Below are positions 1 through 12,996 of a stretch of 64,000 nucleotides of DNA, piece after piece. The notes beneath the pieces are model-generated. The model saw only the letters and a list, made by a program, of their open reading frames with translations. It was not told where the DNA came from and ran no database searches. The translations under genes were made by a program, and so were the position numbers. Source of the DNA: Octopus sinensis (taxonomy: Eukaryota); NCBI RefSeq assembly GCF_006345805.1, contig NC_043001.1, positions 63,302,001-63,366,000 of the forward strand. The letters run 5' to 3'. Each line of letters opens with the position of its first letter. The stretch's first letter is position 1.

Positions 1-739
1 AAACCCTCTATATCTTGTACAAGTATCCTTAGCCACAATCTCTAATCAACCCAAATCTTGTGAATGAAACTGGATAGAGAGAAACTGTGTGGAAGCCTGT
101 TGGTATATAAAGTGAGTAGTAGGGAGTGTCAGTGTTCTTGGATGGTAGATCTAATTTCTTATCTAAGTCACCTGGTCTTTGGCTACCTTAAAAACAGTTC
201 ACTTTGTTGTATCTGTACTGGTATCTTGTTACCCTGCTTCCAAATGGAGCAACCCCTGAGTTTTTGCTCCTTCCTTTTTGCTTTCTTAAACCCAGTCTTG
301 TAGGCTGTGCAAATTGTACGAATAGCAACATTTCCATACTCAGGTTTAGTCTGTTAGTGTACTAAATCTTAACAGTTTAAAATTTCTGTCTCATTATTAT
401 GAAAAATAACAATTTTATTGCTGGTTACCATCAAATTTACCTAAATTTGAATTGTTCTGATTCCAAATAATGAGAGACAGGTAGATGGGATCTTTTTTTT
501 AATATATATATATAATTTGCTGCCAGTTGTAAACTTGTATATAAGCAGTTAAATTTTTTTAAATGCTGTTATTTCCAGATGTTATTTCAAATCTAAATGA
601 AAGTGTCAGTTGGATGACTGAATTTTGTTGCTCCTGTCAGTGAAACATTACTGCTATTTGCCATCTAATATTTTATTCTTTAAGTTAGTTAAATGTTGCA
701 ATTCTCTCTTACCTAATACTTCTATTTCATTTTCTCCAG

Positions 740-850
740 AGTTTAGACCCTTCAAGGAGCAAATCATGCACACCAGATACACATCGGCGTTCAGCCCCGA
801 GTCTTTTTCGACCAAAAGAAATTGGTGCTCTTGATATTGCAGCTGAGCAG
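740..850 (+). CDS. SBF2: SBF exon (SLDPSRSKS...EIGALDIAAEQ)
   Basis: ttttctccag acceptor, CAG|gtaata donor, 111 nt phase 0-0; ALDIAAEQ resembles SBF2 AMDLAAEQ. Confidence 0.9.
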
Positions 851-1291
851 GTAATATGCCAAGCATTAATTCCTCTGGAAATAGCATAAATATTTTGGTA
901 TACACATGTAGAAGCATAGAAAATGCCATTTTAACATTCCTGACTGTCTTCCTCCAATTTCTTCCTATATATTTGTAAATATCTGTGACAATCCTCTCTT
1001 AAATAATTTCATTCAGTTCAGTTGCACTGTCTTTGTATAAAGATACTTAACTGACTTCATTAATTAACTCTTTTTAAGTCTTTATTAATTTGAATAATAA
1101 TCTTAATTAATCACCCTGTGATATTATGAATAGAATATTAATTTGATGACATATGTCATAATTTGTTTTAAATTTATGCATGGTGGGTATGTTGTCAATT
1201 GCTTATTGTTTCTAATATGAGTTTAGTTGATGACTACAATTTGGAGACAAAACAGTTTTATGTCAAGTATTACTTTTTTTTCTTCATATAG

Positions 1292-1488
1292 CTAAGAATT
1301 TGGCCAAATCTTAGCAAAGAACAACAGGAAGAAATGGTGAACAATGAAGAGTCCACTGTCTATAGCCAGGCCATTCATTACGCCAACCGAATGGTCTATA
1401 TGATGATTCCCCTTGATGTCAATCGAAGAGACAAAAACACTGTTGGCTTTGATGAGAAATGTGCTAGCAACAGCAATATAACTGCAAG
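1292..1488 (+). CDS. SBF2: SBF exon (LRIWPNLSKEQQEEMVNNEESTVYSQAIHYANRMVYMMIPLDV...)
   Basis: tcttcatatag acceptor, AAG|gtatga donor; strong similarity to the SBF2-domain end; phase 2 joins exon 9943. Confidence 0.95.
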
Positions 1489-1527
1489 GTATGACGTGTG
1501 TGTGTGTGTGTCTGTGTGTGAATATGA

Positions 1528-2325
1528 TATTGGGTCATCCCATGAATAATGCGTTTTTTTTTTTTACTTCTTTTATTTTTCAAAATTAAGATAAACAAAG
1601 TTCTTTTGTAATCTAAAATATACTCTCCTTCCTTTTCCACAATGATTTTGAAGACTACGGAATAAATGATAACCAGATGGAACAATGTCCAGTGAATATG
1701 GTGGGTGGGGCATTGTTTCCCATTGAAACTGCTCCAGCCTTTGGAATGTCATCCACACTGTATGTGGCCAAGCATTAGACCTGTAAAGTTTCTGAGGAAC
1801 TCATTGACCTAATTTGCTGACTTTTCCGATGGCACAGAGATGTCAATGAATAGTTGAACGACCAAATCCAAGCTTCTCTGCTAGTTCCTCTACAGTTACA
1901 ATGGGATTTTGTTCCACCTGGGTTTGCAGGACCCTCTCGTTGAGCTCTACAGGTTTTCCAGGATGAGGCTCATCTTCTAGGCTGTAGTTTCCAACTTAGA
2001 ATTTCTGGAACTACCGTTGACACTGGCTTATGCTGATCCCCAGCTAATGCATTAATATTTCTTGCACTTTCCATTGCATTGTTGCTGTTATTGAACTCAT
2101 AAACCAAAATATGCCGAATATGTACCTTTGTCACTTCCATTATAGCTTTGAAAAAATAACTGTTAAAATTAAACTGCACTCATCAAAATTTGCATTAACA
2201 ATAAGGACAACATAAAATTACTACTTGTTTTTATAACAAGTTGATGCAGGTACTTTATCTTGTCCCCCTCTGACTTTCAGTTAATGCAACTAAAAAAAAC
2301 CATATCATTTATGGGATGACCATAT
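1528..2325 (-). mobile_element. Mariner transposon, internally deleted and inactive, both TIRs present
   Basis: TIRs ttgggtcatcccatgaataatgcg (1530) and accatatcatttatgggatgacca (~2300-2322); minus-strand MEVTKVHIRHILVYEF and HPPYSLDIVPSGYHLFRSLQ peptides. Confidence 0.9.
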
Positions 2326-2459
2326 ATATATATATATATCATCATCATCATCATTGTTTTAATGACCATGGATGGAATTTTTTGAGGCAGATCTACAACA
2401 GGATACCATTCCTGTTGCTAACTCTCACATCTTACTAAGCAAAGTAATATTCCCCTTAT

Positions 2460-3640
2460 TTTTAGTGCAACTATTAAATTTGAACTGCACTCTTCAAAAC
2501 TTGCACTAAGAATAAGGACAATGTAAAATTACTACCTTCTTTTATAGCAAGTTGATGCAGGTAGTTTATCCCATCCCCCTGTGACTTTTAGTTGTAATGG
2601 GACAAAGGAGCATATTCAGCATATTTTGTTTTATGAGTTCAATAAAGGTAACAATGCAATGGAAAGTGCAAGGAACATTAACGCAATATGTGGGGATCAG
2701 ACAATAAGCCTAAGCCAGTGTCAATGGTGGATCCAGAAATTCCAAGCCGGAAACTACAGCCTAGAAGATGAGCCTCCTTCCGGAAGATCTGTAGCACTCG
2801 ATGAGGACATCCTGAAAACCCTGGTGGAACAAAATCCCATCGTAACTTTCGAGGAACAAGCAGAGAAGCTTGGATTTGGTCATTCAACCATTCATCAACA
2901 CCTGCATGCCATTAGAAATTGAGTCAGTGGGTTCCTCACAAACTTTCCAAGTGTAATCATGTGCAGAGAGTGAATGTGTGCTCTTCTTTGCTGTCACATC
3001 TCATGAATGAACCTCTTTTTGACCAAATAGTGACTAGTGATGAGAAATGGGTTCTCTATAAAAATGTACAGCACCGAAGACAGTGGGTAGGGAAAGGAGA
3101 AACACCGGCACCCCAGGCTAAAGAAGGTCTTCACCATATAAGGTATTGTTATCTGTTTGGTGGGATATGAAAGGTTCAGTCTGATTGAACTTTTAAACCC
3201 AAACCAAACGATAACAAAAGAGATCTACCATGAGTAGCTTGAGCAGCATAAGTCAGCACTAGAAGAAAAATGACCATCTTTGATTTCAACATAAAAGGTG
3301 GTCTTCCATCAGGATAATGCTCAGCCACATACAGCGAGGATGACATTCCAAAGGCTGAAGCAGTTTGAATGGGAAACGATGATCCACCCACCATATTCAT
3401 CAGACATTCCACAGTCTTCAAAATCATTTGGATGGAAAACAATATGAATTCTGTAGACGAGGTCAGAACAGTATTGGAGGAATATTTTTCATCACAGACA
3501 AGTAAATTTTGGAAGAGAGGCCTTGCAAGTCTACCAGATAGAGGGAAGAGCATTGTAGAAAATGAAGGAGAGTATATATTAGATTAAAAAAGAACTTTAT
3601 CTTAATTTTGAAAAATAAATTAAGTGAAAAAAACCGCCTT
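2460..3640 (+). mobile_element. Mariner transposase pseudogene (same family as 1528-2325), TIRs eroded
   Basis: Frameshifted ORFs: EHIQHILFYEF..., SQWVPHKL, IVTSDEKWVLY (DD34D first Asp), HQDNA.PH, YFSSQTSKFWKRGLASLPDR. Confidence 0.92.
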
Positions 3641-4099
3641 GTTTATATGATTTTATATAATCCTAATTCAGCCATGAAACACTCATAGTCAATGTACAAG
3701 TACTTACTTTTATACTTTATATTATTATATTAATTTTTATTGTTCAATTTATACTTTATTTGATTTTAAATTAATATTTTTGTGATGAATGTTTCTTTGT
3801 ATGGTATTCGCTGTGATTTTAAAAGTATTTGCTCTTATATATTATATGATTGTAATAATCTTACTGTTCAATATTATATATTATTAAAATTCTAGATTAG
3901 CATTAGTATGGTATATGTCTCACAGCATGGTTTTGGATGCGTTCTTCATTGACTGAGTCGTGGAATGGTGGTTCATCTCTAAATTAGTTATATACTTACC
4001 TGTAAGGTTGGAATAATAATTTATTCCCTAATATTATTATTATAATGCTTTAATATACTTATAATTAACAAATATTGTTTAGTTTTAACCTTCAATTTT

Positions 4100-6357
4100 C
4101 GTTTATTATGGAACTTGCAGGTAAGATAGAACCACTACTCTGGGACTCATCATTGAGGGACATCCCCATTCCATCGAAAAGGGAATATATCCTGAAACTT
4201 ATTAATAATATAAAGGATATCATTAATAGAATAAAATGGATAGTTCACTATAATAATCGTAATATTGCCAACATTAAAGATGTGTAGAATACCAATTACA
4301 TAAGCTCAAAATTTAAATCTAAAAGGGAACCCCCATATAATAGGGTAATTCAGACTCTGGAAGACAAAATTTGGAAGGTGTTTAAAAACAGTAAATTTAA
4401 AAAATACCCAAACAGACACAATGAATATTTAAGATATTTAGCAACCAAAATAAAAGAAATGTGGAATATTGAAGGAATCATAGTACAATCAGATAAAACT
4501 GGCAACCTGTTAGATACGAATTTATATGATAACCTTTTGGAAAAAGAAATAAATATAAAATATAAAATTGTCCTGGAAAATACCATTTATAATATTAATA
4601 AAGACTCTAGGTTAATCATGGAAAAATATGAAATAGACAATAAAACAGAACCTTATGAAATTACTTTGAAAGATCATAAAGACAATCTTTACTCGGACCC
4701 TAAAGTTAGACTCATATGCCCCAGTAAATCAGATTTAGGGAAATTAAGTAAATTAAATTTAGATAAATATATTAATAAACTAAATAATTTGAATTACCTT
4801 AAACTCTGGACTAGCACTAATAATACTTTAAAATGGTTTTAAAATATTAAAGACAGTAATAGTTACAAATTTATTAAAATAGACATAGATGATTATTATT
4901 CATCTATTAATAAAATTGTACTTATTAAGGCCTTAATATATGCAATGAATAAGGTGGGAATGACCAAGGATGAAGTTAAAGTAGTAAAAATGGCCAGAAA
5001 ATCGTTTATCAGGTATAATAATAAATTGTGGGCTAGAAAAGACACCACGGATTTTTGTTTTTGATATCCCTATGGGAGCACCGGATTCTGCTCAGGTTAC
5101 AGACCTAGTAGAGATTTACTTATTAGCAGAACTCCAATTAGAAAATCTTAAATTGGAGGGTGGATTGTATAGAAATGACCTCCTGCTAATAACAAAAAAT
5201 TGCACGAATAGAACATTGGAAACATATAAGAAGAAAATATATATATTTTTTTAAAAAGAAATGAGCTTAGCATTACAATTTAAAACGAAAATAGCAATGT
5301 TAATTACTTAGATGTTAATTGCTTATGTTTTAACTTAATAACAGGTATAACTCAACCTTACCATAAAATTAACGAAAACCTGAAATATATTAATGCTAAG
5401 AGTAACCATCCACCTTCAATTAAGAAAGTATTAGCAAATAATATAGGGAAAAGAATTTCATTACTGTCTTCCAACTATGAGATATTCAATAAACATGCAC
5501 CATATTATAATGAAGTGCTTCATAAGGCAGGATATAATAATAGTGTTAAATTTTTCAACAATTCTAAATATAATTATAATTTAAAAGATAATTTAAATGA
5601 TGCATACATCTTTTATAACAATAAACAGAACATAAAGAAGCATCTGATGCCTGATGTAGGTAGTAATATGAACAATCAACCACATAGTAATAATAATAAT
5701 AAGAAGAATAAAATATGGCTAATAATTCCTTATGGGATACAGGTTAAAACTAACATTATTAAAGAGATTTTAAATATAATTAAAACATTTATTAAAGACA
5801 ACAATAAATATAAGGACATATTTTCTAGCAATAAATTTGGAATTGGTTATTCTACCACTAATAATGTTGGCAATATCATTTCATCCTTTAATAAATTTAT
5901 ATTAAATAAGTTTTACAATAATAAATTAAGTAATACCTACAATCAAATGTAATTGTAGAAATACGACTAAATGTAAATTTAATAATTAATGTAATGTTGA
6001 GGACATAGTATATAAATGTATAGTGATTTTGAATGATAATAATAATAGTAATAATGATAACATAAATACTACTTACATATGATCGACTTCAAATAAAATT
6101 AAATCACGGGTGGCCCAACATATAATTTTTTTAAGAACCGAAATTTAATGAATTCTACGGGCCTCAGTAAATACATTTGGGAACTTAAATCCAAAAGAAT
6201 AAAATACAATTTAAAATGGGAAATAGTTTGTAAGGCTAAATCGTATAGAATAGGGAGTAAATTCTGCTTATTATGTACAAACGAATTTAAAGAGATATTA
6301 TTAGCTAATAAAAAATTAACTCTTAAGATGAATGTAATATATGTAGGCATAAATTAA
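4100..6357 (+). pseudogene. PLE reverse transcriptase (about 4378-5450) and GIY-YIG endonuclease (about 5960-6357), frameshifted
   Basis: ORF fragments 4075, 4378, 5072, 5515 and 6148 chain across frames; YIG motif broken by GGA>TGA near 6079. Confidence 0.88.
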
Positions 6358-6639
6358 ATTATTTATATAAGTTTAGATAATGTATTGATTTATTTAAACC
6401 CATGAAAAGTTACCAATTTATAGCTATGATTAGTAGCATTAGATACATATAATTAGCTTAGAATACACTGTAAACATTACATTATTATATACTAGCATTA
6501 TGACCCATTGTTGCCGGGTCATAGTGCTAGTGTATGTATATATGTGTATATATATGTGTACATATTACATGTACATCTATATATATATATATACATCTAC
6601 ACATAAAATACAAAATATAAAGTTATATCTTGATATCGC

Positions 6640-7170
6640 TAGTGATAACAATACTCAAAATATATAACAGACTGGAATTGTAGGCCCGTCTTTTGCAATT
6701 TCGATCAATTGTATCTTGTCCTCCTTCTTGTATAGAAGTGTGGCTACAATCCAGCCTACCTCTACTTCTGGGGGGACATTTTAAATTTTTATACGGGATG
6801 TCCTACGTCCCAGATATAAAGGTAAAAATAAAATATTTCCACTTTGCAAGGTTTGAGTCGAGTACTCCCTTGCACACTCCGTTGACTCGAACCTTGCTTC
6901 TATTGTGGCAAATTTACCGCCTCTAGTTAGATATCTTTCATAGTCGCACCAAGACACTTTTTGATGGTGCTTTCCTCCAGGTGTTCAAATCTTTTTTTTC
7001 TCTACATTGTATACTTTATAGACAATAGTCTTTTCTTTAATTTAATTTTTTATTTCGTTTGATGGTATTATCCTAGATTCACCGTCTTTGTCGGTGATCA
7101 ATCCATATTTCTTCCATTTTAATTTCAATGAATTCGCGCCCACCGACGGCTGCAGCGAAATTCATTTTTG
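6640..7170 (-). mobile_element. Possible LINE ORF1-like remnant nested in the PLE
   Basis: CpG-richer block with minus-strand reading KVSWCDYERYLTRGGKFATIEARF...YLGRRTSRIKI*NVPPEVEVGWIVA; family assignment is from impression only. Confidence 0.35.
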
Positions 7171-7839
7171 GACTTTCTTCTATCAAAGGCATTCTAACAA
7201 AAATGCTTCCGTGTAAATAGTGAAAATATGGTCAATTTCCCCAAACAGGGACACAATTCAATTTTTAAACAATAACCAAAGCTCCTCCCAAAGGGGGAGG
7301 GTTACAGTTTACAATTATTTAACAAATGCAACACAACAATGTTTCCTTTACGAGGAACCAACAAACGTGATAACAATAGTTAAACAGTAATAATAATAAC
7401 AACAAACCTTACGATGATCAGAAAGCAGTAGGCAGTTGAAGCTTTAGTCCTTTATGTATAAGAAATAAACCAACAGCAGTACTCTGTAAAACTGGCTGTT
7501 CGAGAAAACAGACATTACATACAGCCAAACTTCATATAGATACTTAATGCTAGCTAATTAGCAGATAATCTAATGTAAAAGCACAGCTCCATCTGGACTA
7601 TTCCATTTCTGCATGCTAATTTTATTTTTAATTTATTCCCATTCATGTGAAACCACTTATTCAAGTTCAAGTCGTTGATGCAATTTTATACCAATTGCTA
7701 TTTTTACTTTTGTTATGTTACGATTATATTATACTTTAGTTTGATTTTAATTATTACTTACTACATATAATTCAATTGTTATTATTATTTTTATTGTTAA
7801 AGTTAAAGTATCTGACATAAAATAGAGAAATGTTTTTGT

Positions 7840-8053
7840 TTCACTTTTAACACGTAATACTGAAATAGTGGAGAAGATATGATATTGCTATAGGCTCGCT
7901 CTAGGCAAGAAGTTGAACATTTTTTTGCCCATGAAACTACATGGACCCTAAGTAAGGCATGTGTAAAATTTGAATGAAATTGGTTCTGTAGTTCTCAAGT
8001 TTTAGGGAAATAGACAGACAGACACACATTCTGAGTTTTATATATATAGAGAT
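7840..8053 (-). mobile_element. Non-autonomous Helitron-like end fragment
   Basis: Ends in acacacattctgagttttatatatatagagat, the same terminal pattern as the Helitron end at 36256; a matching actagc hairpin lies at 6491-6531. Confidence 0.4.
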
Positions 8054-8691
8054 AATTAGAATAAATAATTACCTTTCTACTAATAAAGAATTAACGATAA
8101 TATGTGCATTGTTACAGTGTTTTATAGCATTATTTACATAATATAAATTTCGTATGTGTTATAGTTATAATTTTTGTAGATTTAAAAGTTTAAGTATCTT
8201 AAATCTTCAATGAATAATATACTTTAGGTAGACCTCCTTTTTCGATAATTTCGTTATTACTATGGTAAATTTAATATGTATTAATCTCTGGATAATGGAT
8301 GCCATAGTTATCACGTGACTTTTCAGTATAACTGCTAAAGTACATTTTTTTCAGTTTAATCTACAGTGGGTTGCCGGCGGAAAAGTCATGTTTTTTAAAC
8401 TTATTCTAAACAATATCGACATAAGTCTTTTATTAGCTTTATACACTAACACGTATTTACTTTTAGTTACATTCGCCACAATGAATTAATCATGTTTACA
8501 ATGATACTCTATTTGAATTTTTATTGCGTAACTTTTAATAATAATATTAATGTCTTTAACTTAGGGATTACTTTACAGGTTTGCTTCTTTATATATATTT
8601 TTATTCCTTATTATTTTCTTATAATTTTTTTTTATCCCTTATCATATTATGGGGTAAATTAAAATTTTAGTTTTTAGGTTTTTTTAGGAAT

Positions 8692-8812
8692 TTGACCTGA
8701 TGAGTGACTGTTTTTAGGAGTAAAATCATTTTTCCTTTCTAATGAACTTGGATATGGTTTTCTTATATGATTTTATATAATCCTAATTCAGCCATGAAAC
8801 ACGCGTAGTCAA
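8692..8812 (+). ncRNA. Type I hammerhead ribozyme motif in the 3' pseudo-LTR of the PLE
   Basis: Stem I ttgac/gtcaa; CTGATGA 8697-8703; long stem II (gtgactg..ttagga..taaaatcat / atgatttta..tcctaa..cagccat); GAAAC-acgc-GTA with palindromic acgcgt; predicted cut after 8807. Confidence 0.8.
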
Positions 8813-9203
8813 TGTACAAGTACTTACTTTTATACTTTATATTATTGTATTAATTTTTATTGTTCAATTTATACTTTATTTGATTTTAAATTAATATTTT
8901 TGTGATGAATGTTTCTTTGTATGGTATTCACTGTGATTTTGAAAGTATTTGCTCTTATATATTACATGATTGTAATAATCTTACTGTTCAATATTATATA
9001 TTATTAAAATTTTAGATTAGCATTAGTATGGTATATGTCTCACAGTATTGTTTTGGGACGCATTCTTCATTGACTGAGTTGTGGAATGGTGGTTCGTCTC
9101 TAAATTAATTATATACATATATTATATATTACGAAATTCAGTCTAATATTATTATACTGAATTTTACCTGTAAGGTTGGAATAATAATTTATTCCCTAAT
9201 ATT

Positions 9204-9279
<76 letters not shown>

Positions 9280-9304
9280 GAATTTTTATAATTTTTTGTT
9301 TGAA

Positions 9305-9585
9305 GCCTAGTACTTATTATATTGGTCTCTTTCACTGAACTGTTAAGTCATGGGGATGTAAACACATCATCACTGGTTGCCAAGCAGTGGTGGTGGGAAC
9401 AAAGGCATACACAATGATAAACACACATGCACACACACACACATATATGACAAGCTTCTTTCAGTTTCCATTGAACAAATCTACTCACAAGGTTTTGGTT
9501 AGCCTGAGGCTATAGTAGAAGACACTTACCCAAGGTGCCATGTGGTTGAGAAATAAGTTTCTTACCACATAGTCATGTCTGTCTA
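9305..9585 (-). mobile_element. tRNA-derived SINE (family also at 19600-19980 and 61882-62139)
   Basis: Shared core gcttctttcagtttcc..caaatc.actcacaagg..gctatagtagaagacactt.cccaaggtgcc in three copies. Confidence 0.8.
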
Positions 9586-9942
9586 TGCATGTATATATAT
9601 ATATATATATCACAAATATAGGGATTTGTTATCTAATTCCTGTTGAAATTATTTGTCAGTAACTGGTTAGAAGTTTTATAGTCTGTTGCATTTATAACAT
9701 TACGTTAACTCAGAATTGAAAAGGGGGTGCAAAAGTAATTTGTTTATGAATGATAGTATAGTTATTTAGGCAGTAATAATGTCACTCTTCAAATGTATCA
9801 TGGAGAGCTAAATGTCTATAATTATAGAATCAAATATCTCAAATCCATAGCTTATTACTTGCAGGCACATTCAGTTAAATTTTAATTTGGAAGATATCAG
9901 CCAAGCTTCTTGTGTGACTTAAGATATATATTAATATTTCAG

Positions 9943-10109
9943 CCTTGCCGAAAGTGATAGTCTTGATGCTGAAAGTGGATTTGACGAGAGTGAAGCCTCT
10001 GATGTTGGTGCCAATGCCATTCGTTTTGTAACTCGATTTGTTGACAAAGTGTGCAGTGAAAGCAGTGTAACACAAGAACACCTTAAATCACTTCATCAGA
10101 TGATTCCAG
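9943..10109 (+). CDS. SBF2: SBF exon (LAESDSLDAESGFDESE...IRFVTRFVDKVCSESSVTQEHLKSLHQMIP)
   Basis: atatttcag acceptor, CAG|gtgaat donor; conserved ESGF and RFxDKVC motifs. Confidence 0.95.
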
Positions 10110-10206
10110 GTGAATATTTAACAGCAACACATTTCTCTTCACTTCACATATTTAATGAATTTCTTCTGTTTCTGAAACACACTCCTAAATGTTCATTTCC
10201 TTTCAG

Positions 10207-10280
10207 GTGTGGTTGCCATGCACATTGAAACACTGGAGTCAATTCATAGAGAAAGCAAGCGCCTTCCCCCTATTCAGAAG
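10207..10280 (+). CDS. SBF2: SBF exon ([25 protein letters not shown])
   Basis: tttcag acceptor after a 97-nt intron, AAG|gttggt donor; nearly identical to the SBF2 peptide. Confidence 0.95.
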
Positions 10281-10402
10281 GTTGGTCACCAAATTTTTCT
10301 ATTAATTTACTATTCCATCTACAATTGTCTCTTTGGTCATTATTACAAAACTTTCTGATGTTTGGAACTTTCCAACTGTTCATCCCATGCTCCTAGTCAT
10401 TA

Positions 10403-10995
10403 TCATCATTTAGCGTCCGCTTTCCATGCTAGCATGGGTTGGACGGTTCAACTTGGGTCTGTGAAGCCGGAAGGCTGCATCAGGCCCAGTCTGATCTAGC
10501 AGTGTTTCTACGGCTGGATGCCCTTCCTAACGCCAACCACTCCGTGAGTGTAGTGGGTGCTTTTTATGTGCCACCCGCACAGGTGCCAGGCGAGGCTGGC
10601 AACGGACACAAACGGATGGTGCTTTTACGTGCCACCGGCATGGAGGCCAGATGGGGCAGCACCGGCAACGGCCATGATCGGATGGTTTGCTTAACCACAG
10701 CTGCAATTTCCACTGATGTTGATCGACCTCAATTTTGCCAGGTTTTCCTGGGTCTACCTCTTCCACAGGTCCCCTCAACTGCCAGGGTGTGGCACTTTCG
10801 CACACAACTATCTTCAGCCATTCTCGTCACATGACCATACCAGCGCAAACGTCTCTCTTGCACACAACAACTGATGCTTCTTAGGTCCAACTTTTCTCTC
10901 ATGGTACTTACACTCTGTCGATTATGAACACTGACATTACACATCCATCGGAGCATACTAGCTTCATTTCTTACCAGCTTACGCAAATCCTCAGC
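10403..10995 (-). mobile_element. RTE-clade LINE 3' fragment
   Basis: MLRWMCNV...RRLRWYGHV.RM...GRGRPRKTW peptide, followed by the shared 3' UTR ending ccaacccatgctagcatggaaagcggacgctaaatgatg. Confidence 0.9.
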
Positions 10996-12800
10996 AGTCA
11001 GAATTCTATAACTCCTTACACCATTTGTATTCTGATATTAATGAAGCTTTTTTGTTGGCCCCTAAGAGTAAATAAAGTACCATGAGTTTAAAACATACTG
11101 CAAAACATTGTGGTTGTTGCTCCATTGATGATTCTATGATCCCTTATTGTAGTAGTGCCTGTGGTAGTGTATGGTATTGATAATAGTGGTTAAAAATACA
11201 TATCTTGCACTTACCTGCAGATTTCAATTAATTTTCTAGTGGATAAGAAACAAGATGTAACATTAAAAACTAATAAAGTGAAGTGATATTCTTTGAATTG
11301 AGATTGAAAATGAATTATAGATGGGGATGTACTATGAATTTAGAATTTTGCTGGTAGTATGTAACCATAACAAGTATTTCTTACTTAGCGTACAATTATA
11401 GGATTGTGTGATGGTCTGTCTATGAGAGTACTGACTATTATACATCTGGTTTGCCAAAAACTGACATCTGTTAAGAATTTGTAAATGCTATGAAGAACTG
11501 CTAGCAGAATGATGGTATGAAGAAGATTTTATTAAAGTGTTTTGGTATACTGGAATTCTTACCTTGAAGTTTTTAGGGATCTTTTCTGTTTGGCTGCCAC
11601 TATTCAGTTTCTTCAATTTTTGTTCCAGCTGATTTCATATTTGGCATGTTGATGTAGTTTCATTGCTATGAAATTCATTTTTGTCATAAATCAATAAATA
11701 AAGAGTTAATAGCTTTTAAAGTTTGCAAATTTTAGGTAATTTTAGCCAGTCAAAAGCTACAGACATAGGTGCCTGTTTCCATAGTAACAAACAAGCTGCT
11801 TACCACATATTCTTTTTGTTGCTTATTAAATGCTTAAAACACATGCAGTATGAGATGTGCTAAAAATAACAGCTAAATAGGCCTTGAATCATCAAAATGC
11901 TACATTCTCTCTACTTTTACTCTCCTTTTCTGTATTACCTGTCATCACCCTGCACACTTTTATTCTGGGCTTCTGTCATCCCTCTGTCCCTTAGGTCACA
12001 TAGATCCCTGTCAACTCCCTGCCATCTCATTCACATTCCATTCAATATGCATACCTATCTTTGTATACTGACTTCTCTTATCACTCACCCTCTATAACAT
12101 CACTGTCATTCATGCCTCTCTCAATCATGTTTCTCACTTTGTAAAAAGGTAGATGTGTGTGCAGAAATGTGGGGTTGTAAGGTCTCTTTAGTCATGACAT
12201 GAACTTAGTTATGTCTCTAGAGCTAATGTCATAAAAATCACAGCCAGTACACCCTGTTAAGGTGGGTGAGGTCCCTTTAGTTTTGTTCAGGACATGACAC
12301 CTTTCTTATGTGTTGGTGGCATGAAAAAGTACTTGTAGGTCAATTGTAGGTTAGAGAGAGCATCCAGCTGTGGAAACTAAGTCAAAAATATAACAAGCCA
12401 CAAGATCTGCCTGACATGTCTAGGTGAGCAGATCTAGTTAACCCATGCCATAATGGACAGTACATGTAAAACAATGACAATGACGATTTATCAAACAAAA
12501 TTTGATTGGTTTATAATATAAAATGTGGATTAAAATGTGGATATTGGATTAATTTATGTCAATATATTAAGACATTTTGAAGACTAAGTTGTAGAATATT
12601 CAAAGGTATTGTACCTTACTACTATCAGTTTGTTACTTTGTAATACAATTACAGGATATCATTACAAACAAATGCTAGTATCTTTGGGTAATATTCAGAT
12701 TTTATTACAATTTTGTAGTCTTTATAAATGTGATATGAGAGTTACAGTAATCTTAATGTGTTAAAACTTTAATTCTCTGTTATTTTTTTTTTTATTGTAG

Positions 12801-12996
12801 CCTAAAATCCTGGAACCAACAATTCTCCCTGGAGAAGAAATTGTTATGGAAGGTTTACGTGTATATCTGTTACCTGATGGGCGTGAGGAAGGTGTTGGTG
12901 GTTCATTAGGAGGTCCCTGTTTATTACCTGCTGAAGGAGCTATATTTCTGACCACATACAGGATCATTTTTAAAGGAATCCCTTGTGATCCTCTAG
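12801..12996 (+). CDS. SBF2: SBF exon, GRAM domain N-part ([13 protein letters not shown]...[23 protein letters not shown])
   Basis: T-tract + tgtag acceptor, TAG|gtaagt donor; GRAM signature. Confidence 0.96.

Larger units (their letters stand above)
3643..9210 (+). mobile_element. Penelope-like element (PLE): degenerate RT + GIY-YIG ORF between ~400-bp direct pseudo-LTRs, with later insertions at ~6490-8055
   Basis: Direct repeats 3643-4043 and 8764-9210; PLE RT motifs ITLKDHKD..PKVRLICPSKSDLGKLSK, MGAPDSAQVTDLV, GLYRNDL; endonuclease IVYKC...YI*ST...SKYIWELK...CLLCTNE. Confidence 0.9.

Noticed and set aside
64-330. ORF 64-303 and an open minus-strand stretch
   Set aside because: No recognisable similarity and no convincing splice sites in phase with the Sbf exons.
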